Notes under the pieces: model-generated
Told to the model about the DNA's origin: nothing
Databases searched by the model: none
The model's input: only the letters and a program-made list of their open reading frames with translations
Translations under genes and position numbers: made by a program
Assembly: GCF_902764455.1 (NCBI RefSeq)
Contig: NZ_CACWVY010000003.1
Span: 19,548 to 83,547, forward strand
Origin: an uncultured Methanobrevibacter sp.
Lineage (GTDB): Archaea > Methanobacteriota > Methanobacteria > Methanobacteriales > Methanobacteriaceae
Direction of reading: 5' to 3'
Length of the DNA: 64,000 bases
Shown: positions 9,134-19,397 of the stretch, in pieces
Layout: every line of letters begins with the position of its first letter
Numbering within the stretch: the stretch's first letter is position 1

Positions 9134-10564
9134 CTATCTTTTAAATATTTCAAAAAATGCCCTAAATGTAATCAGAACAGGATAAATTTCCAGTCTTCCA
9201 ATCCACATGTTAAATATACCAACGGCTTTTAGCGGCAATTCTATTGCCTGGGACATCTGTCCGATTTCCAGACCGACATTGCCCTGCATTGAAATAGTAA
9301 AGAATAATGACTGGAACGGGTCATGACCATATGAACACATCAATATCCATGTAATAAGAATGCAGATTAAATAGAGAGTTATGTAGTTTCCGCTTTCCGC
9401 AACCAGTTCATCAGTGATTTTTTTACCTGAAATTTCAAGATTGATAACACTATTTGGAGACAATATTCCACGTAAATTCTTATATATTCCCTTAAAAAAG
9501 GTAATAACCCTCATTAACTTAAGAGCACCTACAGTAGATCCATTAGAACCTCCAATAAGCATTAATGTCATTATAATGATAATTACATTTGACGGCCAGC
9601 CCGCCATTACAGTAGCACTTTGAATGCTTGCACCCGTTGTTGTTATTGCAGAGACAACATGGAATAAAACCTCCATAGGAACTATATTGGATATGAAATA
9701 TATCAATAAAGAGACTCCAGCAATGATTGAAATCAATACCTGAAATTGCAAATCCCTAATTAATGATTTTCCCCGTGTTTTAATAACTTTATATTGCACC
9801 AGAAAGCTTGTTGCCCCCAGTATCATTAAAATGATTGTAATAAAATAAATCAAATCACTGTGGTAAAATCCAATGTTGGCATTTTTTACGCTCATACCTC
9901 CTGTCGAAATAGTACTGAATGTATGGCAAATCGAATCAAAAACAGGCATCCCCGCATATACATATAATATAATTCCGGCAACAGTATAAATCGCATATAT
10001 TTTTAAGGTTTCCTGGATAGTGGCTTTGATAGATGGTTTAATACGGTCTTCACGGGCTTCAGACTGATATAATCTGGATGATGTAGTTCCCGGTTTTGAT
10101 AAAAAAGAAATTATCAAAACAATGATTCCCAAACCACCAATCCATTGCTGAAATGCTCTGAAAAACAATATACTATAAGGTAATACTTCAACATCACTAT
10201 AAATTGTAATTCCACTTCCAGTTAAAGCAGACATGCTTTCAAAAATACAGTCTATGAAGTTTATACCAGTTACAAAATAAAACACCAGCCCACAAATAAT
10301 GGATGCCCAGAGCCAAACTAAAGCTGACGTAATCATTCCATGTTTTAGACGAGTTTTACTTGTAGAATATTTATCAAAAACTTTTATGCAGATTAAACCC
10401 GCAACAATCGATATTAATGCAGGTATAACATATCCCATTACATTGAATTCAAGAAATACAAAATCGACAATAATCGGAACCAGACACATCAGCCCTATTC
10501 CAATCATTATCATTCCGGAATTCCTAGCGATGATAAACATATCACTTTTATTTACAAACCTCAT
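9134..10564 (-). CDS. trkH: Trk potassium uptake membrane subunit
   Basis: Four pore loops: ESMSALTGSG, STISTGG, SAITTTG, SMQGNVG; QWIGGLGII and GRLEIYP. Start set at MRF (10564). Confidence 0.92.
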   Translation of the reverse strand: MRFVNKSDMFIIARNSGMIMIGIGLMCLVPIIVDFVFLEFNVMGYVIPALISIVAGLICIKVFDKYSTSKTRLKHGMITSALVWLWASIICGLVFYFVTGINFIDCIFESMSALTGSGITIYSDVEVLPYSILFFRAFQQWIGGLGIIVLIISFLSKPGTTSSRLYQSEAREDRIKPSIKATIQETLKIYAIYTVAGIILYVYAGMPVFDSICHTFSTISTGGMSVKNANIGFYHSDLIYFITIILMILGATSFLVQYKVIKTRGKSLIRDLQFQVLISIIAGVSLLIYFISNIVPMEVLFHVVSAITTTGASIQSATVMAGWPSNVIIIIMTLMLIGGSNGSTVGALKLMRVITFFKGIYKNLRGILSPNSVINLEISGKKITDELVAESGNYITLYLICILITWILMCSYGHDPFQSLFFTISMQGNVGLEIGQMSQAIELPLKAVGIFNMWIGRLEIYPVLITFRAFFEIFKR

Positions 10565-10947
10565 ATGCTTCCCACTTAAAATATTAAACAAATTACTATA
10601 TAAATTTTAAACAATGAATTTTAATGATGATGAAAAAACAATTGGCTAAAAAAAAATTTCATCAATTAATTTTTAGAGTAAAACCCCCATATAATATTGA
10701 ATCTAAAAAACCAAAAAACCAAACCCTCAATTAACTATTGCCAGAAACTATAATTAAAATTTGAAATTACATCAAAAGATTTAAACATATTTTTTAAGTA
10801 TTTTTTAAAAGCAATCTATGAAAATATTAATTATTATACTAAAAACAAATTATTTTACTTTCGAATAACATTTTTAACCAGCATAATTATTAAAATTATA
10901 ACAATATCCATTTAAAATTACCAAAAACAGTTGTTGATTGAAATATA

Positions 10948-10961
10948 TTAGGAATGCCTAA
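10948..10961. promoter_or_regulatory. DtxR/IdeR-family metal box upstream of feoB (distal)
   Basis: Palindrome TTAGG-AATG-CCTAA. Confidence 0.7.
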
Positions 10962-10996
10962 AAATTTAAATAGTATTAAAGACAATTATATAAATG

Positions 10997-11012
10997 TTTA
11001 GGTTTACCTAAA
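10997..11012. promoter_or_regulatory. DtxR/IdeR-family metal box upstream of feoB (proximal, just after TATA)
   Basis: Palindrome TTTAGG-TTTA-CCTAAA directly downstream of TTATATAAA (10986-10994). Confidence 0.75.
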
Positions 11013-11119
11013 TTATAGTCATGTATTTTTAACGAACGAATATGGCTAAATTTTCGAGGAATATAATATTTCAAAAAAATATTATTCCAAATTTTTTAAT
11101 TAAAACGGGAGAATGGTTA

Positions 11120-13138
11120 ATGACAGAATTAATTGTAGGATTAGCAGGAAACCCCAATGTGGGTAAAACTACTGTCTTCAATCGATTGACTGGAATGCGC
11201 CAGCATGTAGGTAACTGGCCCGGAAAAACCGTGGAAAAAGCAGAGGGTCACTTTTCCCACGGAAACTATAACTATGACGTTATAGATTTGCCGGGAAATT
11301 ACGCATTGAGCGCACATTCTATGGAAGAAATCGTATCAAGAGATTTCATCGTAGATGACTCCTCAGATGCAATCGTGAATGTAGTAGATGCTGCTAATTT
11401 AGAACGAAATTTATATTTAACAGTACAAATGATGGAATTAGGTGCTAACCTTGTATTAGCCCTTAACATGAACGATTTTGCAAAGAAAAAAGATCATATC
11501 ATAGACATTGATTTGATGAGTGAACTTTTAGGATTTCCAGTAATTGAAATCAATGCTAAAACTGGAGACGGATTTGACGAACTGTTAAACACCGTTGAAA
11601 AACAATCCAAAAATCCAATCAATTCCAGTGAAAAATTATCCTATGGTGATGAACTAAGAGAGCATCTTGGTGAATTACAGGAATTAATTGAAAAAGATAA
11701 AAATCTGTTGGATGTGCCTTCAGTCTGGACTGCAATAAAGTTACTTGAAAGGGATTCAATAGTTATCCAAAAAGTTCAAAGCTCTCCTCAAAGTTCCGCT
11801 ATAATGGCTGAAACAGACCGTGTAGCAGGCCACCTCCAATCAGTATATAATGAAGGTGCAGAGGAAGTTATTGCAAATGCAAGATATGCATTTATCGACG
11901 GTTTGATGGCCGAAGCTGTAAAAAAACCGAGTGTTGAAAAAGAAACCGTAACTGACAGAATAGATAAAATTGTAACAAATAGGCTTCTCGCCCCATTTAT
12001 ATTCTTAGGAGTAATGTTTCTCTTATTCCATTTGACATTTACAATAGCAACACCATTTTGTGATTTTATTGATGAATGGTTTGGATGGTTAGGAGAATAT
12101 CTGGTAGCCTCTGTTGGAAATGAAATGTTAGGTTCATTCCTCCAAAACGGACTTATCGGAGGTGTAGGAGGAGTTCTTGTATTCTTACCGCAAATTATTC
12201 TTATGTTTTTATTCTTAAGCATACTGGAAGACAGTGGTTATCTAGCAAGAGCCGCTTTCACTTTAGATAAAGTCATGCACGCAATTGTAGGTCTTCACGG
12301 AAAAGCTTTCATTCCAATGATTTTAGGATTCGGTTGTGGAGTGCCTGCAGTTATGGCAACAAGAACCATGGAAAATGAATCTGACCGTCTGCTTGCAATG
12401 ATGCTTATTCCATTCATGTCATGTACAGCAAGACTGCCAATTTACTCAATTTTTATCGCAGCATTCTTTACAGCAAACAAAAGTCTAATTTTATTATCAA
12501 TCTATATATTAGGTATAGTTGTGGCACTTATTGTTGCAGGTATCCTTAAAAGAACAATGTTTAAAGGAATGTCCGCACCATTTGTTATGGAACTTCCAAC
12601 ATACAAGATCCCATCTCTAAAAGGTGTTTTATTACACACTTGGGATAAAACTAAAGGTTTCTTAAGAAAAGCAGGTACTATCATTCTTGTTTCTGCAATC
12701 ATAATCTGGATTTTAAGTTACTTGCCATTTGGTGTGGAATACGGATCACAGGAAAGTATACTTGGTATGATAGGTAGTGCAATAGCCCCTATTTTTGCTC
12801 CGCTTGGTTTTTCAACCTGGCAAGCAGGTATTGCAATCCTTACAGGTTTAGTTGCAAAAGAAGTTGTAGTATCAACATTTACCACATTAGGTGGACTTGA
12901 AGAAGATGATGAGGAAGGAACTGTCGCATTAGTTCAAGACTTGTTCACACCACTATCTGCATATTCATTCATGGCATTCTGTTTATTATACGTGCCTTGT
13001 TTTGCAGCTATTGGAGCAATCAAACAAGAAACCAACAGCTGGAAATGGCCATTGACAATGTCAGCCATTACATTAGTGACTGCTTATATTGTAGCATTCC
13101 TAATCTACAATGTTGGTTTACTTGCAGGATTCGGATAA
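11120..13138 (+). CDS. feoB: Ferrous iron transport protein B
   Basis: GNPNVGKT (G1), VGNWPGKT (G2), DLPG (G3), NMND; GFGCGVP and PFMSCTARL; ATG at 11120 after GGGAGA. Confidence 0.97.
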   Translation: MTELIVGLAGNPNVGKTTVFNRLTGMRQHVGNWPGKTVEKAEGHFSHGNYNYDVIDLPGNYALSAHSMEEIVSRDFIVDDSSDAIVNVVDAANLERNLYLTVQMMELGANLVLALNMNDFAKKKDHIIDIDLMSELLGFPVIEINAKTGDGFDELLNTVEKQSKNPINSSEKLSYGDELREHLGELQELIEKDKNLLDVPSVWTAIKLLERDSIVIQKVQSSPQSSAIMAETDRVAGHLQSVYNEGAEEVIANARYAFIDGLMAEAVKKPSVEKETVTDRIDKIVTNRLLAPFIFLGVMFLLFHLTFTIATPFCDFIDEWFGWLGEYLVASVGNEMLGSFLQNGLIGGVGGVLVFLPQIILMFLFLSILEDSGYLARAAFTLDKVMHAIVGLHGKAFIPMILGFGCGVPAVMATRTMENESDRLLAMMLIPFMSCTARLPIYSIFIAAFFTANKSLILLSIYILGIVVALIVAGILKRTMFKGMSAPFVMELPTYKIPSLKGVLLHTWDKTKGFLRKAGTIILVSAIIIWILSYLPFGVEYGSQESILGMIGSAIAPIFAPLGFSTWQAGIAILTGLVAKEVVVSTFTTLGGLEEDDEEGTVALVQDLFTPLSAYSFMAFCLLYVPCFAAIGAIKQETNSWKWPLTMSAITLVTAYIVAFLIYNVGLLAGFG

Positions 13139-13158
13139 ACATTGGTAAGGTGATATAA

Positions 13159-13389
13159 ATGACAAAAACTTTAAAGGATGTAAAACCTGGTGAAACAGTC
13201 ACATTGGTAAAATACCATAATGACGGAGATGTGGATTTAAGAAGACACCTGCTGGGAATGGGTTTTGTTAAAGGAGCAAAAATTACTGTTAAAAAAGTTG
13301 CTACCTTAGGCGATCCCATTGAAATGAACATCAAAGGATATGATGTTTGTCTTCGAAAAGATGAAGCAAAAAATATTGAAGTGGAATAA
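13159..13389 (+). CDS. feoA: Ferrous iron transport protein A
   Basis: RRHLLGMGFVKGAKITVKKVATLGDPIE..LRKDEA FeoA SH3-like pattern. Confidence 0.93.
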   Translation: MTKTLKDVKPGETVTLVKYHNDGDVDLRRHLLGMGFVKGAKITVKKVATLGDPIEMNIKGYDVCLRKDEAKNIEVE

Positions 13390-13429
13390 ACTTCAATATT
13401 TCAATATTTTTTTTATTATGAGGTAAAAT

Positions 13430-13639
13430 ATGAAATGTCGTATTTGTGGTTTTGAATTTGATGAGAAAAAATTGAAAAACCGTGGGTGCGTTGGCTGTGG
13501 AAAACATTCCGGATGCAAACAGGTTCATTGTCCAAATTGCGGATTTGGAAACCATCCGGAACTTGAAGAAGAATTTGAATTTATTAACAAATTGAAAAAT
13601 AAAATAAATAGAAAAAAAGAAAACAAATCATTTTTTTAA
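13430..13639 (+). CDS. Small Cys-rich Feo-associated protein
   Basis: CRIC..CVGC..C..CPNC (7 Cys in about 40 aa); GAGG RBS; inside the feo operon. Confidence 0.75.
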   Translation: MKCRICGFEFDEKKLKNRGCVGCGKHSGCKQVHCPNCGFGNHPELEEEFEFINKLKNKINRKKENKSFF

Positions 13640-13654
13640 AGGGAGATTGTTAAA

Positions 13655-13921
13655 ATGAATCGTGATGAAATTATTAATAAATGTTATGAGCACAAACATG
13701 CGTTAATTTTTGCAGCAGGAATCGCTACTGCAATTGTCGGTAAAAAAATATTAGAATCAAAAACCGTGAAAGATGCTGCAACACAAGGCATGGCATCCGT
13801 AATGTCTGCTAAAAAAGATGCTGAAGAATGTTTCCAAGACATGAAAGAAAATGCAGAAGACATTGTGGTTGATGCAAACGCAGAAACTAAAAAAGAGATT
13901 TATATAGAAGCAAAAGAATAA
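13655..13921 (+). CDS. Small protein of the type that precedes P1B-ATPases (DUF1490/DUF6110-like)
   Basis: N-terminal FAAGIATAIVGKKIL helix then a charged helix; GGGAG RBS; directly before the ATPase. Confidence 0.6.
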   Translation: MNRDEIINKCYEHKHALIFAAGIATAIVGKKILESKTVKDAATQGMASVMSAKKDAEECFQDMKENAEDIVVDANAETKKEIYIEAKE

Positions 13922-13945
13922 GCTTATTTTTTCAGGTATAAAGAA

Positions 13946-16093
13946 ATGAAATACAAAGTAATGTATGATAACAAAACTCGATTAAGAGTTCGTTCAGGCC
14001 AATGGGCTTTCACCAAAGAAGAAGGTTATGGCCTCGCTTCATTACTTTTAAATCAAAGTTTTATCCATGAAGTATACACTTCCCATAGAAACGGAAGTAT
14101 TTTAATATACTACGACGGAGATATTGAAAGCAAAAAGAAGATTTTCAATATCCTTGATGGTATTACATTAGATGATTTGTTTGAAGCAGAGCCGACTCAA
14201 GCTCAAACTTCAAGGGAAATCACCGACGAGTTTTATCTCAAATTATCCAAAATGATTTTTAATAGAGTTCTTTATAGAATATTCCTACCGATGCCTATTA
14301 GAAATGCATTGACAATTTATAATGCAGCAGAATATATCTGGAATGGTTTGGACAGTTTGACCAGCTTTAGAGTTGATGTTGCACTTCTCGACGGTGCGGC
14401 AGTAACCGGAGCACTACTGCAAAAACAGTACAAACCAGCAAGTTCAATGATGTTCTTATTGTCAATCTCCGATGCGCTTGAAGACTACACAATACAAAAA
14501 GCTAAAAGTACACTTAAAGACAGTTTGGCTTTAAATATAGATACTGTATGGGTAGTAGGAGAAGACGGTGAAGAAAAACAATGCCCTGCTGTTGATATAG
14601 ATAAGGGAGATAAAATTAAAGTCCACATGGGCGATGTGATACCGGTTGATGGAAAAGTAATTGAAGGAGAAGCAATGGTTAATGAAGCTTCCATGACTGG
14701 AGAGCCATTAGCAACCCATAAAAGACCTGGAAAAACAGTTCATGCAGGAACTGTTATAGAAGAAGGTAATCTGATAGTTGAAGTTTATTCAATGAACAAG
14801 GAAACCCGTTTAAATAAAATAATCGATTTAATTGAAAATTCAGAAGAGTTGAAGGCAGATACACAAAGCAAAGCTGAAAAACTTGCCGATTCAATTGTTC
14901 CATACAGTTTCCTTGCAACAGCTTTAACCTACTTAATTACCGGAAATTCAACAAAAGCATTATCCGTATTGATGGTTGATTTTTCATGTGCCATTAAGCT
15001 AACAACCCCATTATCCATCATATCTGCAATGCGAGAAGCATCAGACAATAGAATGATGGTAAAAGGAGGTAAATTTTTAGAAAACTATGCAAATGCAGAC
15101 ACCATCATATTCGATAAAACAGGAACACTAACAAAAGCAACTCCAAAGGTTGTTGAAGTAGTTCCTATGTCCAGACGATACAAACGTGATGACATTCTAA
15201 GAATGGCCGCATGTATTGAAGAGCATTTCGCACACAGTATTGCAACTGCCATAGTAAAACAGGCTGAGAAGGAAGGCCTCAAACATGAAGAAGACCACAG
15301 TGAAGTGGAATACATTGTAGCACATGGCATTGTAACCGAATATGACGGAAAACGTGCAGTAATAGGATCAAAACACTTCTTATTTGATGATGAGAAAGTG
15401 AAAGCAACCAAAGCCCAGGAAAAGAAAATGGCTAAAAAAGCAGCAGAACACTCTGTAGTTTATCTGGGCATAGACGGAAAACTTGAAGGCTTAATCTGCA
15501 TTGATGATCCCGTACGTGAAGAAGCAAAATATGTAATAGAAGAACTAAAAGAGTTAGGCATTGAAAATGTCATAATGCTTACAGGAGACAGTGAAAGCGG
15601 TGCAAAAGCTAGTGCTAAAGCATTAGGCATCACAGATTATAAATCACAAGTTCTTCCAGAAGATAAATCAAGAATTGTAGAAGAGTTAAAACAAGACGGA
15701 AAAACCGTCATTATGGTCGGAGACGGAATCAATGATTCCCCGGCACTTGCAGCAGCTGATGTATCTGTTTCAATGAAACATTCATCAGATATTGCACGTG
15801 AAGTAGCAGACATATCATTACTGTCCGACGATTTATATGACCTCGTAACACTCAGGAAACTAAGTGTTGGAATGTTGGATAAAATCAACAAAAATTACCA
15901 CAATATTGTTGCAGTAAATGGCAGCCTTCTTGTTTTAGGTGTTTTAGGCATAATTCCTCCATCAACTTCATCAATGATACATAACCTATCTACCATGTTG
16001 TTTGGAGTAATGAGCACTAAATCAGTTTTAACTGATAAAGATTTTTCAAGAGATATAGAAGTAGAAGCTATTGAAGTAGCTGATATTTCTTAA
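13946..16093 (+). CDS. Heavy-metal P1B-type ATPase with SCA motif (P1B-6 subclass)
   Basis: SMTGEP, DFSCAIKL, DKTGTLT, MLTGD, GDGINDSPAL, HNLST. Confidence 0.9.
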   Translation: MKYKVMYDNKTRLRVRSGQWAFTKEEGYGLASLLLNQSFIHEVYTSHRNGSILIYYDGDIESKKKIFNILDGITLDDLFEAEPTQAQTSREITDEFYLKLSKMIFNRVLYRIFLPMPIRNALTIYNAAEYIWNGLDSLTSFRVDVALLDGAAVTGALLQKQYKPASSMMFLLSISDALEDYTIQKAKSTLKDSLALNIDTVWVVGEDGEEKQCPAVDIDKGDKIKVHMGDVIPVDGKVIEGEAMVNEASMTGEPLATHKRPGKTVHAGTVIEEGNLIVEVYSMNKETRLNKIIDLIENSEELKADTQSKAEKLADSIVPYSFLATALTYLITGNSTKALSVLMVDFSCAIKLTTPLSIISAMREASDNRMMVKGGKFLENYANADTIIFDKTGTLTKATPKVVEVVPMSRRYKRDDILRMAACIEEHFAHSIATAIVKQAEKEGLKHEEDHSEVEYIVAHGIVTEYDGKRAVIGSKHFLFDDEKVKATKAQEKKMAKKAAEHSVVYLGIDGKLEGLICIDDPVREEAKYVIEELKELGIENVIMLTGDSESGAKASAKALGITDYKSQVLPEDKSRIVEELKQDGKTVIMVGDGINDSPALAAADVSVSMKHSSDIAREVADISLLSDDLYDLVTLRKLSVGMLDKINKNYHNIVAVNGSLLVLGVLGIIPPSTSSMIHNLSTMLFGVMSTKSVLTDKDFSRDIEVEAIEVADIS

Positions 16094-16202
16094 TCTTTTC
16101 TTTTTTTTAAATTAAGAGTACATCTGCGAGTATAAGAATATTTAGTAAAAAATATCTCTTATATATGACTATTTAAATCAATTATTTAGGAAGGTACTGT
16201 TC

Positions 16203-16907
16203 ATGAGTACAATTATTGAATTTAAAAATGTTAACAAGATTTATAAGTCCGGAGAGCATATTTTAAAAGCTATGGACAATGTCAATTTTACAATCGATGA
16301 AGGTGAATTTGTTATTATTTTAGGACCTTCAGGCGCAGGTAAATCAACATTACTGAACCTTTTAGGCGGTCTTGATACACTTACATCCGGCGAAATTATC
16401 GTTAATGGAAATCATATAGAAAATTTTTCAGATAATCAGCTTACATCCTACCGGGCAGAAAATGTGGGCTTTATTTTTCAGTTTTATAATCTCATACCAA
16501 ATTTAACCGCTCTTGAAAATGTAGAACTTATGAAGGACATTGTCAAGGTGAATATAAACGGCATGGAAGTTCTAGATTCAGTAGGGCTTAAAGATCATGC
16601 CAATCAATTTCCTGCACAGTTATCCGGTGGAGAACAGCAAAGAGTATCCATTGCAAGAGCAGTAGCTAAACAACCTACAATGCTTTTATGTGATGAGCCA
16701 ACAGGAGCGCTTGACTCTAAAACAGGCGTTTTGATTCTGAATTTGCTTCAGGATATGAGCAACAACAAAGGAACCACCGTCGTTATTGTAACACACAATG
16801 CAATTTTAGCAGAAGCCGCAGACAAAGTAATCAGAATTAAAAACGGTCAGATAGAAAGCATTGTTGTTAATGAAAATCCCAAAAACATTACAGATTTAGA
16901 ATGGTGA
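16203..16907 (+). CDS. ABC transporter ATP-binding protein (LolD/MacB-like)
   Basis: [33 protein letters not shown]. Confidence 0.95.
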   Translation: MSTIIEFKNVNKIYKSGEHILKAMDNVNFTIDEGEFVIILGPSGAGKSTLLNLLGGLDTLTSGEIIVNGNHIENFSDNQLTSYRAENVGFIFQFYNLIPNLTALENVELMKDIVKVNINGMEVLDSVGLKDHANQFPAQLSGGEQQRVSIARAVAKQPTMLLCDEPTGALDSKTGVLILNLLQDMSNNKGTTVVIVTHNAILAEAADKVIRIKNGQIESIVVNENPKNITDLEW

Positions 16908-16911
16908 TTCA

Positions 16912-19182
16912 ATGCTTTTTAAAAAGATGTTAAGAGACATACTTAAACACAAAGCCCAATTTATATCTATTTTTTTAATGGCATTTTTAGGAGTATTTGT
17001 CTTTGCAGGTGTTGGAGGTGAATCTGTAGGTCTTGAAGTTAACAGCAATGACTATTACAGCAATACTAATCTGGCGGACGGTTGGATTTACTCAGCTAAT
17101 CTAAATGAAAGATTTTTGGACCAGATATACTGTTTAGGTCCGACAACCCAAATGGAAAGGCAGCTGGTTGTTGATTCGGTTGCAGATTATTCGAATGACC
17201 CCGAGATTACTCTGCATTTTGTAGAAAACAATACAATATCAAAATTCTATTTAGTTGAAGGAAAAGCATTGGACATTAATGACAGTGAAGGCGTATGGCT
17301 TGATAAAAGTTTTGCAGATGCAAAAAACGTTAATGTTGGAGACAATATAACTTTTGAGTTTAACGGAATGAAAATAGAAAAAGAAGTCAAGGGGACAGGT
17401 TATTCACCAGAATATGTTTATCACGCTTCAAAATCATCTGTAATTCCTGATTTTTCCAAAATAGGTTTTGCATATATGAGCTATAAGGCATTCCCCTCAC
17501 AAATTGTCCCTTATAATGTTTTAAATGTGAAATTCGATGAAACTGCTGAAACTTTCAACAGCTTACTGTCTGAGAAAATGGACGGAAAATATAATTCATT
17601 TGTTGAAAGATCAGAACACACAAGCGTAAGTCAGTTTTCAGAAGAAATGGACCAGCATCAAATGATGGCAGGAATTTTTCCAGTAGTCTTCATTTTAATT
17701 GCAATGTTAATTCTTTTAACAACAATGACAAGGATAATTACACATCAGAGAACACAAATTGGTATTTTAAAAGCATGCGGATTTAAAGACAAGTCAATAA
17801 TGTTTCACTACATATCCTACGGGTTCTGGCTGGTACTGGTCGGTTCCATTTTAGGTTTAATCATAGGTCCTATGACACTGCCGCAGCTATTCTATCCATC
17901 AATGAGCTCCACATACATATTGCCTTCATGGGACCCAAAATGGAGCATGGATTTTGTCTACGTTGCATTAGCCATGGTTGCAATGTCAGTTCTGGTTTCA
18001 TATTATGCGGTTAAAAGCATTTTTAATGAAAATCCTGCAGACACAATAAGACCAAAAGTTCCTAAAGTTTCTTCATCAGGCCTGATTGAAAAATTGGGAT
18101 TTTTCAAACACTTATCATTCAATACCCGATGGAATTACAGAGATGCAAAAAGAAATAAGTTTAGAGCATTGATGACAATTGTAGGAGTTATAGGATGTAC
18201 AGCACTTCTGGTATCTGCATTCGGAATGTATGATGGAATGAATGACCTGAAAGAATGGGAATTCAATCAAATTAACCACTATGATTCAAAATTAGTAATT
18301 GACGATAATGCAAGCACATCAGAGATTGATGATGTGGCTGATGAAGTCAATGGAGATAAAATAATGGAATCCGCCATTGAAATTGAATCCGATTCGGCCA
18401 AGAAGTCTGGTTCACTGCTGGTTTTAAACCATACAGATTTGGTAACTCCAACAGATTATAACTGGAATAAAATCAAGATTGAGGATGACGAGATTTCAAT
18501 TTCACAAAAAATGGCTGATATGCTTGGTGTTAATGTAGGGGACAGTGTAAAATGGCATATTATGGGTTCAGACAAATGGATTAATACAAAAATTAACAAA
18601 ATCCATGCAGATCCAACTTCACAAGGATTCATCATGTCAACAGACAAACTTGAAGATTTGGATTTGAATTACACACCGACAAGTATTTTAACAACTGAAC
18701 ATGTTGACAAAAACTATACTGCTATCAAAACAGCAAATTCAATGAACGATATAACTTCCAGTTGGGATGAACTTACAGAAGCGATGTGGCTATTAATATA
18801 CATTTTAATATTCTTTGCATCACTTTTAGCAGTTGTAGTATTATATAATTTAGGATTGTTGTCATTTACAGAAATCGAACGTGAAATAGCAACACTTAAA
18901 GTTTTAGGTTTTAAAACAAAGGCTTTGAGAAAATTACTTTTAACACAAAATCTATGGTTTACAACTATCGGATTTATATTAGGCATTCCAGTAGGTTATT
19001 ACATATTAAAAGTCATGTGGGAGTCTTCAGGAGATTCATTTTATATTCTGCCTTCCATATCACTTACAAATTTAATACTTACTGCAATAATAACATTTAC
19101 ATTATCCATACTTGTAAATCTGATGTTTTCACGTAAAATTAAAAAATTAGACATGGTGGAATCACTTAAAAGTGGCGAATAG
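16912..19182 (+). CDS. ABC transporter permease, FtsX/MacB type with two repeats
   Basis: QRTQIGILKACGF and EREIATLKVLGF repeats; two large extracytoplasmic loops. Confidence 0.92.
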   Translation: MLFKKMLRDILKHKAQFISIFLMAFLGVFVFAGVGGESVGLEVNSNDYYSNTNLADGWIYSANLNERFLDQIYCLGPTTQMERQLVVDSVADYSNDPEITLHFVENNTISKFYLVEGKALDINDSEGVWLDKSFADAKNVNVGDNITFEFNGMKIEKEVKGTGYSPEYVYHASKSSVIPDFSKIGFAYMSYKAFPSQIVPYNVLNVKFDETAETFNSLLSEKMDGKYNSFVERSEHTSVSQFSEEMDQHQMMAGIFPVVFILIAMLILLTTMTRIITHQRTQIGILKACGFKDKSIMFHYISYGFWLVLVGSILGLIIGPMTLPQLFYPSMSSTYILPSWDPKWSMDFVYVALAMVAMSVLVSYYAVKSIFNENPADTIRPKVPKVSSSGLIEKLGFFKHLSFNTRWNYRDAKRNKFRALMTIVGVIGCTALLVSAFGMYDGMNDLKEWEFNQINHYDSKLVIDDNASTSEIDDVADEVNGDKIMESAIEIESDSAKKSGSLLVLNHTDLVTPTDYNWNKIKIEDDEISISQKMADMLGVNVGDSVKWHIMGSDKWINTKINKIHADPTSQGFIMSTDKLEDLDLNYTPTSILTTEHVDKNYTAIKTANSMNDITSSWDELTEAMWLLIYILIFFASLLAVVVLYNLGLLSFTEIEREIATLKVLGFKTKALRKLLLTQNLWFTTIGFILGIPVGYYILKVMWESSGDSFYILPSISLTNLILTAIITFTLSILVNLMFSRKIKKLDMVESLKSGE

Positions 19183-19242
19183 TTAAACTATTCCCATATA
19201 TTTGTGATTTAAAAAAAAAAGAATTATTTTATTAAAAGGTGT

Positions 19243-19353
19243 TTAATGGCAATTGCAGCCAAAAAAGAAACACCAGAGCTTTTGCAAGATTCCTTTTTTC
19301 TTTTTGGAATCTTTACTTTTTTCAACAGAACAACAATCTGCAGTGTTTGCCAT
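19243..19353 (-). CDS. 36-aa Cys-rich small protein, not in the ORF track
   Basis: Manual translation MANTADCCSVEKSKDSKKKKGILQKLWCFFFGCNCH*; strong RBS GTGGAGGGA 4 nt before ATG; metal box and TATA-like element upstream. Confidence 0.65.
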   Translation of the reverse strand: MANTADCCSVEKSKDSKKKKGILQKLWCFFFGCNCH

Positions 19354-19381
19354 AAAATCCCTCCACTTTTTAAATTAAATT

Positions 19382-19397
19382 TTTAGGAAAACCTAAA
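19382..19397. promoter_or_regulatory. DtxR/IdeR-family metal box upstream of the small Cys-rich ORF
   Basis: Palindrome TTTAGG-AAAA-CCTAAA, same geometry as the feoB boxes, between a minus-strand TTAAATATA and the RBS. Confidence 0.7.

Noticed and set aside
10592-10940. Hidden ncRNA or small ORF in long AT-rich intergenic tracts (also 4315-4736 and 43907-44233)
   Set aside because: No RBS-supported ORF or stable hairpin was found by eye; composition is typical of promoter regions.
11042-11119. N-terminal extensions given by the ORF track for feoB (also the tRNA-binding gene, trkH and rlmE)
   Set aside because: Downstream starts have clear RBSs and match where the family domains begin.
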